DNA of 64,000 nt from Elusimicrobiota bacterium (GCA_026388095.1 JAPLKL010000041.1:36016-100015), one strand, 5' to 3'; counted from the first letter of the stretch, positions 1-9,906 are shown. Notes: generated by a model from the sequence alone, not told the origin. A program made the numbers and translations.

Positions 1-237
1 TCAAGCCTATGATGCCGGCTTTGGTGGCCAGCAGGCCGCCGCTGATCCCCGCGCCCAGCAGGCCGCCCAGGCCCCCGGCTCCGCCGCCGCCGACCGCGCC
101 GAGTCCGGCCGCGCCGCCGCCGGCCTCGGTCCCGATGCCCAAGCGGAACAGGAGCGCCGCCAAGCCGCTGCGCTTCTTCTCTTCCCGGTTCACTTCCGGG
201 TTGATTTTAGGAAGATCGGTTTCTTGGCCCATAGCGT
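1..237 (-). CDS. Small glycine-zipper-like membrane protein. Only the N-terminal ~78 aa lie in the window; the gene continues past position 1.
   Basis: Translating the reverse complement from the ATG at 235-237 gives MGQETDLPKINPEVNREEKKRSGLAALLFRLGIGTEAGGGAAGLGAVGGGGAGGLGGLLGAGISGGLLATKAG... The run of GxxxG-type repeats is typical of glycine-zipper membrane proteins. This ORF is not in the supplied track because it runs off the window edge. Confidence 0.4.
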
Positions 238-247
238 TCTCCCATCG

Positions 248-1297
248 TCAGTGAATTGTCTGTTGACCGTGAGTCGGATCGATCTGGTTCGCCATTGCGG
301 CAGTAGTCGCGCTGTTCGCGGCCCCGCCCGCCACGCCGCCGAAAACGCTGCCGACGACTCCCGTGACCACCCCGCCCACCACCGCGCTGATGACCATCAT
401 CATGATGGCTTTGCGCATCTGCTCGCCTTCGTCAACGGCGGGAGCCGCGAATTTCCCGGGCACGGACTCCATCTTGTTTACGTTGGCGTTGGGATCATTG
501 GCCTTGAGGTTCGCGGGCACGGCGTCAAAGCCCGTGTAGGCCCCGCCCTGGGCCGTGCCCGGGCCGCCGCCGATGGCCGAGCCGCCGCGGCTGCCGTCGA
601 AGCTGGCGCCGGACATGGCCCGTGCCGCGTCGGCGCTCTTGGTCGTGAGCGCGGCCTGGCCCTGGGAGGCCGCCCCCTTCAAGGAGTTCATGATGGGCTT
701 GCCGCCCTGGCCGGCTCCGGAGTCGCCCGGGCCCAAGCCCCGAGTCTGGGCGAAGCCGGTCTTGGCCACGCTCGTGCCGAACGCTCCCGAGACGCTCGGG
801 CCGGAGCTGGCCCCGCTGCCGCCGGATCCCCCCATCCCGGAAAGCGAGCTGAAATTGCCCTTGGGGGGCGTGAAGGGGACCTGGGGCTTGGCGCCGCCCC
901 AGCTCGCCGAGGCTTCGGTCTTGCGGCTGACGTCTTTGAGTGCGTCGGCGAAGGACGCGGAGCCGGTCAGCGGCGCGCCCGGAGCCGCCGCCCCCGTCGC
1001 AGCTTCAGGGGGGGCCTGATAGAGAGAAGACATGGATTCGCCGTCCGCCTTCTTCTTTCCGTAGGCGTTGTCCATGGAGAGGTCCACCGCCTGGCCGGGA
1101 GCGCCGCTGGGGTTGGCCATGCTGTCGAGGCTCTGATTCTCGCTCTTGAGGCCGTGCGCGCGCACGGAGCCGGACCCTACGGAAGTGTCCATCAAAGGCA
1201 TGCAGACCCAGGCTCCGACGCCGGCGAAGCCAAGGAGGATGACCCACCAGTACTTCTTGAACGGGTCATTGCCCTGCTTGATCTTGATGATGTTCAT
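248..1297 (-). CDS. Gly/Ser/Ala-rich low-complexity membrane-anchored protein of unknown function. The track ORF extends to a GTG at 1342.
   Basis: The protein has an N-terminal TM segment (KYWWVILLGFAGVGAWVCM), about 250 aa of G/S/A-rich low-complexity sequence, and a C-terminal hydrophobic segment (MMMVISAVVGGVVTGVVGSVFGGVAGG). The ATG at 1297 (MNIIKIK...) is preferred as start because a sigma70-like promoter sits at 1347-1375 and the 1342 start is a GTG that abuts the -10 element. Confidence 0.45.
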   Translation of the reverse strand: MNIIKIKQGNDPFKKYWWVILLGFAGVGAWVCMPLMDTSVGSGSVRAHGLKSENQSLDSMANPSGAPGQAVDLSMDNAYGKKKADGESMSSLYQAPPEAATGAAAPGAPLTGSASFADALKDVSRKTEASASWGGAKPQVPFTPPKGNFSSLSGMGGSGGSGASSGPSVSGAFGTSVAKTGFAQTRGLGPGDSGAGQGGKPIMNSLKGAASQGQAALTTKSADAARAMSGASFDGSRGGSAIGGGPGTAQGGAYTGFDAVPANLKANDPNANVNKMESVPGKFAAPAVDEGEQMRKAIMMMVISAVVGGVVTGVVGSVFGGVAGGAANSATTAAMANQIDPTHGQQTIH

Positions 1298-1346
1298 AAC
1301 CACCACTGAAGGCGGCCCTGCAAGCGCGCTGAACTCCGACACGCTC

Positions 1347-1375
1347 AGTTTAGCCTCCGGCTATTGTTTTGTCAA
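1347..1375 (-). promoter_or_regulatory. Candidate sigma70-type promoter (TTGACA-N17-TAAACT) between ftsH and the low-complexity protein gene.
   Basis: On the minus strand, TTGACA lies at 1375-1370, followed by a 17-nt spacer and TAAACT at 1352-1347. This is an AT-rich island in a GC-rich background. The predicted TSS near 1340 gives a ~43-nt leader for the ATG at 1297. Confidence 0.3.
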
Positions 1376-1460
1376 GAGAAACCGTTTTCCTTACTCTATT
1401 TTTACCGATTGGCCCCCCCATGAATGGCGCCCGGAAGCCCGGTCCGTCCGGAAGGCGCGC

Positions 1461-3167
1461 TCAGGCGGGCGGCGCGCCCGGGGGGACAGGAAAGGAGGCC
1501 GGGCCTGCGAGCGGCTGAGAGCCGGGCGGCAGAGGGATGGGCCTGGGCGGTTTGCCGTATTCCATGAAAATGCTTACGATCTCGTCATAATCGAGCTCGT
1601 CGCGCCGCACCAGTTCGGCCGCGAAGCGGTCCAGGATGCGCGATTCGGTCCTCAGGACTTGATCGACTTCGACCAGGCACTCATGGAGGATGCGCTGGGT
1701 CTCGATGTTGAGCTTCGCCTTGAGATGCTCGGAGAGCTGGTCTCCCCGCATGCTCTGGCCCGAGGGGATGACGGAGAAGTCCCCGATGAAGCCGTCGCCG
1801 CCCATACCCAGGCTCCAGACCATGTCGTGGGCGAGCGTCATGGCGTTGGAGAAGTCGGCGGAGACCCCGCTGGTGGTCACGCCGTAGCGGATCTTCTCGG
1901 CGGCATAGCCGCCCAAAGAGGTCTTGATATGGCCCAGAATCCGGTTGCGGTCGGAGAGATGGAGCTCCTCGCGCGGGATATGGTGCACCACGCCCAGACT
2001 GCCCGCCCGCTGGATGATCGAGGCCTTGAACACATCGTCCGTGGGATGCAGGAGGTAGAGCACCATCAGGTGGCCGGCCTCGTGGTAGGCCACCATCTCC
2101 CGCTCCCGCGGCGACATGGTCAGGCGGTGGGCCACGCCGAGCTCGATGCGCTCGAGGGCAGTGGAGATATCCTTGTAGTTGATGAGCTCCCGCCGGTCGC
2201 GCAGGGCCACCAAGGCGCCCTCCTTGAGGATGTTCTCGATCTCGGCCGGGGTCTTGAAGACCGCCTTGCGCGCCAGCCGCCCCAGATCCACGGCCGGGTC
2301 GAGATGGACCTTCTTGGCGTAATAGGCGAAGATCTCTTCACGCTCCTGCAGGTTCGGCCGCCCGATGGCGATGGTGCGGTCGAAGCGGCCGGGCCGCATC
2401 AGGGCGGGGTCGAGGACCTCCTCCCGCGCGTTCATGGCGCCGAGGACCACGATGTGGCTCTCGTCGTCGGTGAGGCCGTCCATCTCCACGAGGAGCTGGT
2501 TGAGGGTGCTGTTGGACTCGGAGGAGCCGCCGAAGGCGTCCAGGAACGTGCGCTGCTTGCCCACGACCTCGAGCTCGTCTATGAAGATGAGGCAGGCGCC
2601 GTAAGCCTGGGCGTACTGCCGGGCCTGCTTGAAGAGCTTGCGCACGCGCGAGGCCCCCACGCCCACGAAGACCTCCACGAACTCCGAGCCGGCGGTGGAG
2701 AGGAACGGCACGCCGGCCTCGGTGGCGATGGCCTTGGCCAGCATGGTCTTGCCGCAGCCCGGGGGCCCGACCATGAGCATGCCGTGCAGGATCTTGCCGC
2801 CCACGCGCTTCAAGGCCGCGCGGTCCTTGATGAGCTGGACCATCTCCCAGGCCTCGCGCTTGGCCTCGATGAGGCCGATGACGTCCGTAAAGCGCACCTT
2901 GACCTGGGAGGCGTCGACCTTGGACTTCTTGAGCTGGGCGAAGCCTCCGCCGTACTGCAAGAGATACAGGAAGCCCACGAAGACCAAGGTCTGCAGGATG
3001 CCCCAGGGCAAAGAGGCCACGTTGATGCCCACGATATAGCGCCGGACGCTCTCCTCCATGCCGGACATGTACCAGACCGGGATGATGATGGCCACGATGA
3101 AGCCGACCACGATGGCGACCACCAGCCAGTTGCGCTGCATGAAAAGGCGGATCTTGGCCCAGAGCAT
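1461..3167 (-). CDS. ftsH: ATP-dependent zinc metalloprotease FtsH (AAA+ domain plus M41 peptidase domain).
   Basis: There are two N-terminal TM helices, a Walker A motif (GPPGCGKT), a Walker B motif (IFIDELE), a second region of homology, and the HEAGH zinc-binding motif. The start is MLWAKIRLFMQ at 3167. Confidence 0.9.
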   Translation of the reverse strand: MLWAKIRLFMQRNWLVVAIVVGFIVAIIIPVWYMSGMEESVRRYIVGINVASLPWGILQTLVFVGFLYLLQYGGGFAQLKKSKVDASQVKVRFTDVIGLIEAKREAWEMVQLIKDRAALKRVGGKILHGMLMVGPPGCGKTMLAKAIATEAGVPFLSTAGSEFVEVFVGVGASRVRKLFKQARQYAQAYGACLIFIDELEVVGKQRTFLDAFGGSSESNSTLNQLLVEMDGLTDDESHIVVLGAMNAREEVLDPALMRPGRFDRTIAIGRPNLQEREEIFAYYAKKVHLDPAVDLGRLARKAVFKTPAEIENILKEGALVALRDRRELINYKDISTALERIELGVAHRLTMSPREREMVAYHEAGHLMVLYLLHPTDDVFKASIIQRAGSLGVVHHIPREELHLSDRNRILGHIKTSLGGYAAEKIRYGVTTSGVSADFSNAMTLAHDMVWSLGMGGDGFIGDFSVIPSGQSMRGDQLSEHLKAKLNIETQRILHECLVEVDQVLRTESRILDRFAAELVRRDELDYDEIVSIFMEYGKPPRPIPLPPGSQPLAGPASFPVPPGAPPA

Positions 3168-3221
3168 AGGAATTTTAGTTTAGCATTTAGCGGGCCTGAG
3201 GCGTGGCTGCGGCGATGGCCA

Positions 3222-3698
3222 TCAAGGGCCCAGACCCGGCAGGATGAAGGCGATGGGCCGGTCGCGGTTGGGCACGTACTTCGTCACCTCGAAAGTGAAG
3301 CCCGAGCTCTTGTAGAACGGCATGTTGATGGGATGGGTCTTGACCGTGAGGGTCACCACCTGCCAGACCTGGGTGCGGTTGATGTCGACCTGGGCCGCCT
3401 GCCCCAGCAGGTCGAGGAACGAACCGGCCTTGGTGCCGTAGCCCAGGTACTGGCTGACCTTGGTCTGGATGTCCCCCATGAGCTGGTTGTCCGAACTCAC
3501 GTAGGCCGCGTTGCGGTGCGACTCGAGCTGCCAGCGCCGGGCCGCGTAGAAGGACGCGATCTCGATCTTCTGCACGAGGATGAGCAGGGCGTAGATCTTG
3601 GCGAAGGCGAAGAGGAAGAACATGAACAGGGGGAAGAGCAGGACCGTCTCGGTCATGGCCTGCCCGGGCCGGCGCCTGCGCCAAGGGAATCTGATCAT
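3222..3698 (-). CDS. TadE-like minor pilin (pseudopilin) of the Tad/Flp system.
   Basis: The N-terminus MIRFPWRRRRPGQAMTETVLLFPLFMFFLFAF matches the TadE-like N-terminal domain (basic residues, GQ, hydrophobic helix). It overlaps the stop of the upstream gene by 4 nt (ATGA). Confidence 0.75.
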   Translation of the reverse strand: MIRFPWRRRRPGQAMTETVLLFPLFMFFLFAFAKIYALLILVQKIEIASFYAARRWQLESHRNAAYVSSDNQLMGDIQTKVSQYLGYGTKAGSFLDLLGQAAQVDINRTQVWQVVTLTVKTHPINMPFYKSSGFTFEVTKYVPNRDRPIAFILPGLGP

Positions 3699-4927
3699 GG
3701 GTATGTCCGGACCTGGAACTTGGGCGTCGGGTTGGGCCAGACCGAGGCCTTGGTGCCGGTGCCGTAGCCGTCTATGGCCACGGAGACATGGATCGCGGGG
3801 CCCCCGCCGGGGAAGTCGGTCTGGAAGTCGTGGTTGAAGTAGTTCTTGGAGACGATGAAGTTGTCGCCCGCCCCGCCCCAGAACTGGTTGACCGGGACGC
3901 CCCGGCTCCCATACTGGCTCGAGCTCAGCGCCGCGTTGAGCTTGCCGTCATGGGCGGAGCTGCCGTGGTGCACGCCCGTGATGCCGTCGCTGACCGTCAG
4001 GATCTGGAAAAGGCCGTGGCAGCCGTTGATGGGGCTGGCCATCTGGACCGGGCCGCCGTCAGGCGAATAGACCTGCCAGGGCTGGAACGTGGTGCCCGTC
4101 GGCTTGTTCCCGTAGAAATTGACGTACTGGTAGCAATGGTACTGGAGACTGCTGCCCAGACCCCAGCTGCCCATGCCCGCCTCGAAGAGGTTGGAGGCGG
4201 CGGCCGCCCCGTTGACGTCGGAGCCGGTGTTGAGCCAATAGGATTTCCGGAGGAAGTTGTGCGCCGACGCCAGGCGGTTGAGCACCGAATACTGGGCGTC
4301 CTCGACGGAGCCGAGCAGCTGGTAGATCTGGACGTAGAGCTTGTAGATCTGGTTGGCGTCGTCCCAGTTGAGCCAGTAGGCGTTGGCGTCGTCGTCTTTC
4401 TCCAGGCCCGTCAGGATCGTGATGCAGGGCGACTTGCCGGTGGGCGGACAGGACTCCCCGTCGATGTTCGACGGATCGTCGTTCTTGTCGCGGCCGGGCG
4501 GGCCCCCGTACCTGATGTTCCAGGAACCGTCGCTGTTGCTGAACTTGTCGTCATGCCTCGGCACGCAGTCCCCGTTGCGCTGGGGGAACACGCCCCGCCT
4601 GCAGAGGATCGTCCAAAGCCTCTTGTCCTCGGCGCCCTTGCTGTCGCAGCCGCCCTTCATCGAGCAGTCGAGGGTGGTGTCATAGAACCCCTCGTCGAAG
4701 ATGCGCATGGGGAAAGCGCCGTTGACGTAGGCGGTCCGGTTGAGGAAGTCGGAGTAGTTGGTCATCTCCACGAATACGGCCGCGTCGATGGCGAACTGAT
4801 GGCGGATCTTCTCGCGGGAGAGCTTCGCCGTCTCGTAGATGAGATAGACGAAAAGCATGAGGGTGGGGAACAGGAACAGGGCGGGGATGATGACCTGCCC
4901 CAAACGGCCTCTGCGGCGGGATAGCAT
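3695..4927 (-). CDS. Large TadE/TadG-like pseudopilin (410 aa).
   Basis: From the ATG at 4927 the N-terminus MLSRRRGRLGQVIIPALFLFPTLMLFVYLIYE has the TadE-like signature. It is followed by a Cys-containing periplasmic domain. The arginine-rich upstream extension in the track ORF is spurious. Confidence 0.7.
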   Translation of the reverse strand: MLSRRRGRLGQVIIPALFLFPTLMLFVYLIYETAKLSREKIRHQFAIDAAVFVEMTNYSDFLNRTAYVNGAFPMRIFDEGFYDTTLDCSMKGGCDSKGAEDKRLWTILCRRGVFPQRNGDCVPRHDDKFSNSDGSWNIRYGGPPGRDKNDDPSNIDGESCPPTGKSPCITILTGLEKDDDANAYWLNWDDANQIYKLYVQIYQLLGSVEDAQYSVLNRLASAHNFLRKSYWLNTGSDVNGAAAASNLFEAGMGSWGLGSSLQYHCYQYVNFYGNKPTGTTFQPWQVYSPDGGPVQMASPINGCHGLFQILTVSDGITGVHHGSSAHDGKLNAALSSSQYGSRGVPVNQFWGGAGDNFIVSKNYFNHDFQTDFPGGGPAIHVSVAIDGYGTGTKASVWPNPTPKFQVRTYP

Positions 4928-4997
4928 CCCTAGAAGGTTAGCCCGAGGCCCGTGAAAAATCAAGGCCGGGACGGTAAAAAAGCGGTATCGGCGGGAC

Positions 4998-5987
4998 CTA
5001 GACGACCAGGAACTTGGCGGTCTCTTCGGTGTTGAAGCTGACCTGGGACGCCGCGAAGTCGATGGAGGTCGCGATGTGCTGCTGGAGCATCCCGTCCCTG
5101 CACCGGTTGATGCGCAGCTGGAAGGTCGTGGAGTAGAGCTCCCCGCGCACGCTCTCCACCTCGGCCCAAAGGCCCCGGTCGCCCCAGGGCTTGAGGGTCT
5201 CCGCCATGCCGGCCCGGTAGGCGGCGTAGTCCTCATCGTTCATGCGCCCGGTGGTGGCCATGTTGAAGACCAGCAGGCCCACGTCCTCGTCCGGCGGGAT
5301 GTTCTTGGCGATGAAGCGGGGGGCGTGCTCCGCCGGGCAGGCCACCAGCTGGAGGAAGCTGGCGTCCCGGGAGACCAGGTCCAGGACCACGTCTGCGGCC
5401 TGGTCCATCTCCTCGATGGCGCGCATGTTGTCCGGCGGCACGGCCGCGGTCAGCCAGCGCCTGTGGCTGATGTCCGAGAGCAGGAGCGGCTCAGGGTCCA
5501 GCCCGATGCGAGCCGCCACCAGGTCCGAGGCGAAGTTCTTCTCCGGCCGGACCATGTCCGCACAGAGGTCCAGGCCGGCGCCTGCGTTGACCTCAACCAG
5601 GTAGTACGGCAGCTTGCGGAAGCGCTGGAAGAACAGCAGGGCCGGGACCTTCCAGAGCCCGGTCCGCGCCGCCACGTAGGAGCGGCGGTGCCCGAGGCGC
5701 AGGCGGTGGTAGAACGAGTCCGGCGCGGCTGCCAGGAAACGGTCCAAGGCCGGAGCCGGGTCCGCCTCGGGAGTGCCGCCGCAGGAGGGGAAGTAGCGCA
5801 CCAGCGGGCAGTCCTCGTCGCTCAAAGCCTCGTAGTGCACCGCGCTCAGGAAGAGCTGCCAATCCTCGGTCCAGGCCACGAAGTTGCGCTTCTCCCAGGC
5901 CTTGAGGACCTTGGCCAGCCAAGGCGGGTCCCGCTTGACCGCCTCGGCCAGGTGGCGCACCATGGCGCCGGTCACGGGCAGCTTCAT
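4998..5987 (-). CDS. Hypothetical cytoplasmic protein, possibly with a SAM-methyltransferase-like fold or DUF2332-like; this assignment is weak.
   Basis: The protein has ordinary amino-acid composition from MKLPVTGAMVRHLAEAVKRD onward and contains LVEVNAGAGLDL, which resembles a Rossmann-type motif. The N-terminal ~190 aa of the track ORF are Arg/Gly-rich junk. Alternative TTG starts exist upstream as far as ~6040. Confidence 0.5.
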   Translation of the reverse strand: MKLPVTGAMVRHLAEAVKRDPPWLAKVLKAWEKRNFVAWTEDWQLFLSAVHYEALSDEDCPLVRYFPSCGGTPEADPAPALDRFLAAAPDSFYHRLRLGHRRSYVAARTGLWKVPALLFFQRFRKLPYYLVEVNAGAGLDLCADMVRPEKNFASDLVAARIGLDPEPLLLSDISHRRWLTAAVPPDNMRAIEEMDQAADVVLDLVSRDASFLQLVACPAEHAPRFIAKNIPPDEDVGLLVFNMATTGRMNDEDYAAYRAGMAETLKPWGDRGLWAEVESVRGELYSTTFQLRINRCRDGMLQQHIATSIDFAASQVSFNTEETAKFLVV

Positions 5988-6118
5988 CGTGACCAGGGTC
6001 GCGCGCTCCAACTGGGCGAGGAACTGCTCCTTGGTGATCAAACTTCGTCCCCCCGACGGAACGGCCGCCCCCCGCGGGGGGGCGGCCGGACTCGGCGCCT
6101 TCGGCGCCGAGTTCGAGT

Positions 6119-6790
6119 TCAAGTCTCTTGCGGCGAGATGAGCCCCATCTCGATGCCCTTGACCACGGCCTCCGTGCGGTTGGAGACCTCGAGCTTTTGG
6201 AACACGGCGTTCAAGTGGTTCTTGATGGTCTTGACCGAGCAGTCCATCTTGGCCGCGATCTCCTTGTTGGACATGCCCGAGCCCAGCAGCACCAGCACCC
6301 GGATCTCGGTCTTGGTCAGAGCCACCGGCGAGCCCTGCCCCTCGCCCGAGGCCATCTGGCGCAGCCCGGCGAGGAGCTTGCCCATGACCTGCTGGGGGAT
6401 CATCACGCCGTCGTTGGCGAAGGCCTTCAGGGCGTTGACCAGCTCGGAGGCGGGCAGCATCTTGGAGAGATAGCCGTTGGCGCCGGCCTGGATGGCCTCC
6501 ATCACGTGGGCCTCGTCCTCGTAGCTGGAGAGGATGAGGACGTTGGTGTCCGGGCATTCCTTGCGGATCACCCGCGTGGCCGCGATGCCGTCGATCTGGG
6601 GAAGCTTGATGTCCATGAGGATCACGTCGGGCTTGAGCTTCTTGGCCTGGCGGATGACGTCCTGGCCGTCAACGGCCTCGCCGACCACTTCGACGATCTT
6701 CTCGTTCTCCAGCAGGTCCTTGATCCCTTCGCGGAACAGCGTCTGGTCGTCGGCGATCAGCACTCTGACTCTTTTCTTCGGCGTGGGCAT
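6119..6790 (-). CDS. NarL/FixJ-family response regulator (REC domain plus LuxR-type HTH).
   Basis: From MPTPKKRVRVLIADDQ there is a receiver domain (DVILMDIKLP, conserved K) followed by the C-terminal LuxR helix-turn-helix (TKTEIRVLVLLGSGMSNKEIAAKMDCSVKTIKNHL). Confidence 0.85.
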   Translation of the reverse strand: MPTPKKRVRVLIADDQTLFREGIKDLLENEKIVEVVGEAVDGQDVIRQAKKLKPDVILMDIKLPQIDGIAATRVIRKECPDTNVLILSSYEDEAHVMEAIQAGANGYLSKMLPASELVNALKAFANDGVMIPQQVMGKLLAGLRQMASGEGQGSPVALTKTEIRVLVLLGSGMSNKEIAAKMDCSVKTIKNHLNAVFQKLEVSNRTEAVVKGIEMGLISPQET

Positions 6791-6831
6791 TTCTTTCCCC
6801 CTTGGTCGTGTGTGTGAGTATATCAAAAAAT

Positions 6832-7953
6832 TCAACCGCCGGATTTCGGTATGGGGATCGTGAAATAGAATGTGGACCCCTGGCCCAGGCCCGGGCTCTC
6901 GACCCAGATCCTGCCCTTATGGCTGCCGATGATCTCCTTGGCGATGGACAGGCCGAGCCCGAGACGGCCGCCGCCGGCCTGGCTCTTGGCCTGATTGAAG
7001 CTCTCGAAGATCGTGTCGAGGTTCTCCGGCGCGATGCCTTCGCCCGTGTCCCGGATGGCGAACTGCACGCAGTCGCCGGCCTGGCTCACCAGGACCGCCA
7101 CCTCACCGCCCTTCGTGGTATGCCGGATGGCGTTCTCCAGGAGGTTGTTGAGGACTTGCATGACCCGCCGCTTGTCGCCGCAGACCATAGGCAGTCCCGG
7201 CGAGATCTGCGCCTTCAGAGACAGGCCGCGCGCCGCGGCCCGCCCCTGGGGCCCGAGCAACCCCTCCTCCACCATGGCCCCGGGAGCGAAGAAGCTCATC
7301 TCCAGACGGAACTTGCCCTGCTCGATGCAGGCCCAATCCACCAGGTCTTCGATGAGCCGGGCGAGCTGGCCGATGCCGTTGGAGATATAGACCATGCGCT
7401 TCTTCTGGTCCGCGTCGGGAGTGATGGACTGGGTGAGCATCTCGAAGCTCACCTGCAGGGTCATGAGCGAATTGGAGAGGTCGTGGGAGGACATGGAGAG
7501 GAACTTCGACTTCATCGCATTGAGACGGGTCAGCTGGGCGTTGGTCTCCTTGAGGTCGGCCATGAGGCGGCGGTTCTCGACCTCCAGGCGCAGCTTCTCC
7601 ATGGCCTTGACGATGGAGTGCTTGAGCCGGTCGAAGTCCACGGGCTTGGCCATGAAGTCCGTGACCGATTCCTGGATGGCCTTGACCGCGGTGTCGAGGT
7701 TGGCGTGCGCGGTCAGCATCAGGATCTGGCTCTCGGTGTTCACGGTCCGGATGCGCTTGATGACGTCGATGCCGGTGGCGTCGCCGAGGTTGTAGTCCAT
7801 GAGTATGACGTCGAAGAAGCGCTTCTGCACCGCCGCCAGGGCCTCGGCCCCCGAGGCGGCCTGCGCCACCTCGTAGCCCTCGACCTCGAGGTTGTCGTTG
7901 ATGCTCTCGCGCATGTTCGCGTCGTCGTCCACGATCAGGATGGAACCTTTCAT
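6832..7953 (-). CDS. Hybrid response regulator and histidine kinase (N-terminal REC, then HisKA and HATPase_c).
   Basis: The N-terminus MKGSILIVDDD...DVILMDYNLGDATG is a receiver domain. A coiled-coil region and an H-box (FLSMSSHDLSNSL) follow, and then the N, G1 and G2 boxes (LLENAIRHT, RDTGEGI, GLGLSIAKEI). Confidence 0.85.
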   Translation of the reverse strand: MKGSILIVDDDANMRESINDNLEVEGYEVAQAASGAEALAAVQKRFFDVILMDYNLGDATGIDVIKRIRTVNTESQILMLTAHANLDTAVKAIQESVTDFMAKPVDFDRLKHSIVKAMEKLRLEVENRRLMADLKETNAQLTRLNAMKSKFLSMSSHDLSNSLMTLQVSFEMLTQSITPDADQKKRMVYISNGIGQLARLIEDLVDWACIEQGKFRLEMSFFAPGAMVEEGLLGPQGRAAARGLSLKAQISPGLPMVCGDKRRVMQVLNNLLENAIRHTTKGGEVAVLVSQAGDCVQFAIRDTGEGIAPENLDTIFESFNQAKSQAGGGRLGLGLSIAKEIIGSHKGRIWVESPGLGQGSTFYFTIPIPKSGG

Positions 7954-7965
7954 ATCTATGCCGCC

Positions 7966-9906
7966 TTAGGACATGTGTTGGGGGCCCGCCGCGCCTGCGG
8001 GAGCCCCGCTGGGCGGCGGCGTGCCCGGCTGCGCCACCGGGAGGGTGAGCTTGAAGACCGTGCCCTGGCCGACCACGGACTCGACCTCCACGCCCCCGTT
8101 GTGGCGGTCCAGGACCTTGCGCACGACGGCCAAGCCCAGGCCGGTGCCGCGCGCCTTGGTGGTGAAGAAGGGGGCGAAGATCTTGTCCAGCACGTCCGCC
8201 GGTATGCCGGGGCCCGTGTCGCCGATGAGGATCGCGACCGATTTGCCGTCTGCCGCCATGCGCGTGTGCAGGCTGACCGTGCCCTTCTGGGGCATGACCT
8301 CGATGCCGTTGTTCATCAAGTTGCGGATGGCCTGCTGCACCTCGGTGGTGTCGATGTCCACCAGGGGGTTGGCGGGGTCGAACTGCTTGTCCAAAGCGAT
8401 GTGCGGCGGGAAGGGGTAGACGGAGAGGAGCTCCTCGAGCCAGGCGTTGAGGAGGACCCGCTCGGGCTTGAGCTCGCGCGTGCGGGAGTAGGTCAGGATC
8501 TCGTTGATGATGCCGTTGGCCTGCTTGATCTCCGACTCGATGATCCGGATGTGTTTGTCGATCTTGGGGTCGGTCCCCGCCGGCGCGGTCCCGAGCTTGG
8601 TCTTGATGAAGTAGATGGAGTTGTTGATGACCGCCAGCGGGTTGCGGATCTCATGGCCGACGACGGAAGCCATCTGCCCTATCGCGGCCAGCCGCTCCTT
8701 CTTGATGAGCTCATCCTGGGCCGCCTTGAGCTCCCGGGTTCGCGCCTCGACGCGCTTCTCCAGGAACTTGGTGAACTTCTCCAGCTCCTGCTTGGCGTGG
8801 ATGAGTTCCCCCGTCTTCTCCTTCAAGGACTCGCTCATGGCCAGGAAGGTCTGGGCGAGGTCTCCGATCTCGTCGTTGGTGGTCGTCATCTCGGGCAGGT
8901 CCTCGAACTGCCCCCGGCCCAGCCGAGCCGCGGCCTCGCGCAGGAGGCGGATGGGCTGGGTGATGTGGCCGGCCACGGCCAAGGAGAGCAAGATCGTGAA
9001 GAGCACCACCCAGACCAAGACCCGGAAGATCTGGTTCTTCATCTCCGCCGCGGTCTGATAGGCGTATTCCACCGGCTGCTGCACGTAGACGACCCAGTCC
9101 AGGTCGCGCACGTCGGCGTAGGCCCCCAGCAGGCGCCGGCCGTCGCCCAGGGCCATCTCGCCGCCGCCCTTGGGGGCGGTCTGGGTGGTGATGATCTTGA
9201 GGACCTCGTCGCTCATGCGCGCGTCGGGCTTGAAGACCTCCTTGGGGCTCGAATGCGCGATGAGGAAGCCGTCGCGCTTGTCCACCACGGCCGCGGCGGA
9301 TTTCCCCGTGGCCGGGAACTCCATGCCCAGCATCGAGGAAAGGCCGTTGAGGCTGACCCGCGCCATCAGCACCCCCACGGCCTTGGCCGGCTGCGCCTTC
9401 TGATCGATGACGGCCACGGCGATGGTCGCCGTGGGATAGAGCCCCTGGAAGCGCTCGAGCTTGCCGATGTACTGCCCCCGGCGCATGGCCTCCACGAAGA
9501 ACTCCTCGCCCTCGAAGCTGCGCATCTCCGGCGCGGAGCCCAGGAACCGGCCCGTGCGCATCTGCTCCACGCCCAGGGTGCTGCTGACGGAGAGCTCCAG
9601 GACGGCGAGGTGCACCTGCATGATCCGGTTGAGGTACTGCTGCTGCTTGACGGGGTTCATGGAAGCGAACTCGTCGATGCCGGCGGTCTCGGCCAGGACG
9701 TTGCGGAAGGTGGTCACGTATTTGTAGACCGTGTCGGCGAAGCCCACGGCCAGCGACTCCTGCATGGCCAAGGTCTCCTTGCGCAGGGAGGCCTGGGAGA
9801 TGCCGACGAGGTGATAGCCCACCACCCCCATGGGCGCCAGGGAGATGAGCAGGAACCAGAAGAGGATCTTGTAGGCGAGCTTGCCGCGGCGCGCAGGAGG
9901 CGGCAT
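7966..9906 (-). CDS. Membrane sensor histidine kinase (periplasmic sensor domain, HAMP, HisKA, HATPase_c).
   Basis: TM1 is ILFWFLLISLAPMGVVGY. A periplasmic domain of about 250 aa follows, then TM2, a HAMP region, the H-box VVGHEIRNPLAV, and the ATPase motifs (LMNNGIEVM, GDTGPGI, GTGLGLAVV). Confidence 0.85.
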   Translation of the reverse strand: MPPPARRGKLAYKILFWFLLISLAPMGVVGYHLVGISQASLRKETLAMQESLAVGFADTVYKYVTTFRNVLAETAGIDEFASMNPVKQQQYLNRIMQVHLAVLELSVSSTLGVEQMRTGRFLGSAPEMRSFEGEEFFVEAMRRGQYIGKLERFQGLYPTATIAVAVIDQKAQPAKAVGVLMARVSLNGLSSMLGMEFPATGKSAAAVVDKRDGFLIAHSSPKEVFKPDARMSDEVLKIITTQTAPKGGGEMALGDGRRLLGAYADVRDLDWVVYVQQPVEYAYQTAAEMKNQIFRVLVWVVLFTILLSLAVAGHITQPIRLLREAAARLGRGQFEDLPEMTTTNDEIGDLAQTFLAMSESLKEKTGELIHAKQELEKFTKFLEKRVEARTRELKAAQDELIKKERLAAIGQMASVVGHEIRNPLAVINNSIYFIKTKLGTAPAGTDPKIDKHIRIIESEIKQANGIINEILTYSRTRELKPERVLLNAWLEELLSVYPFPPHIALDKQFDPANPLVDIDTTEVQQAIRNLMNNGIEVMPQKGTVSLHTRMAADGKSVAILIGDTGPGIPADVLDKIFAPFFTTKARGTGLGLAVVRKVLDRHNGGVEVESVVGQGTVFKLTLPVAQPGTPPPSGAPAGAAGPQHMS

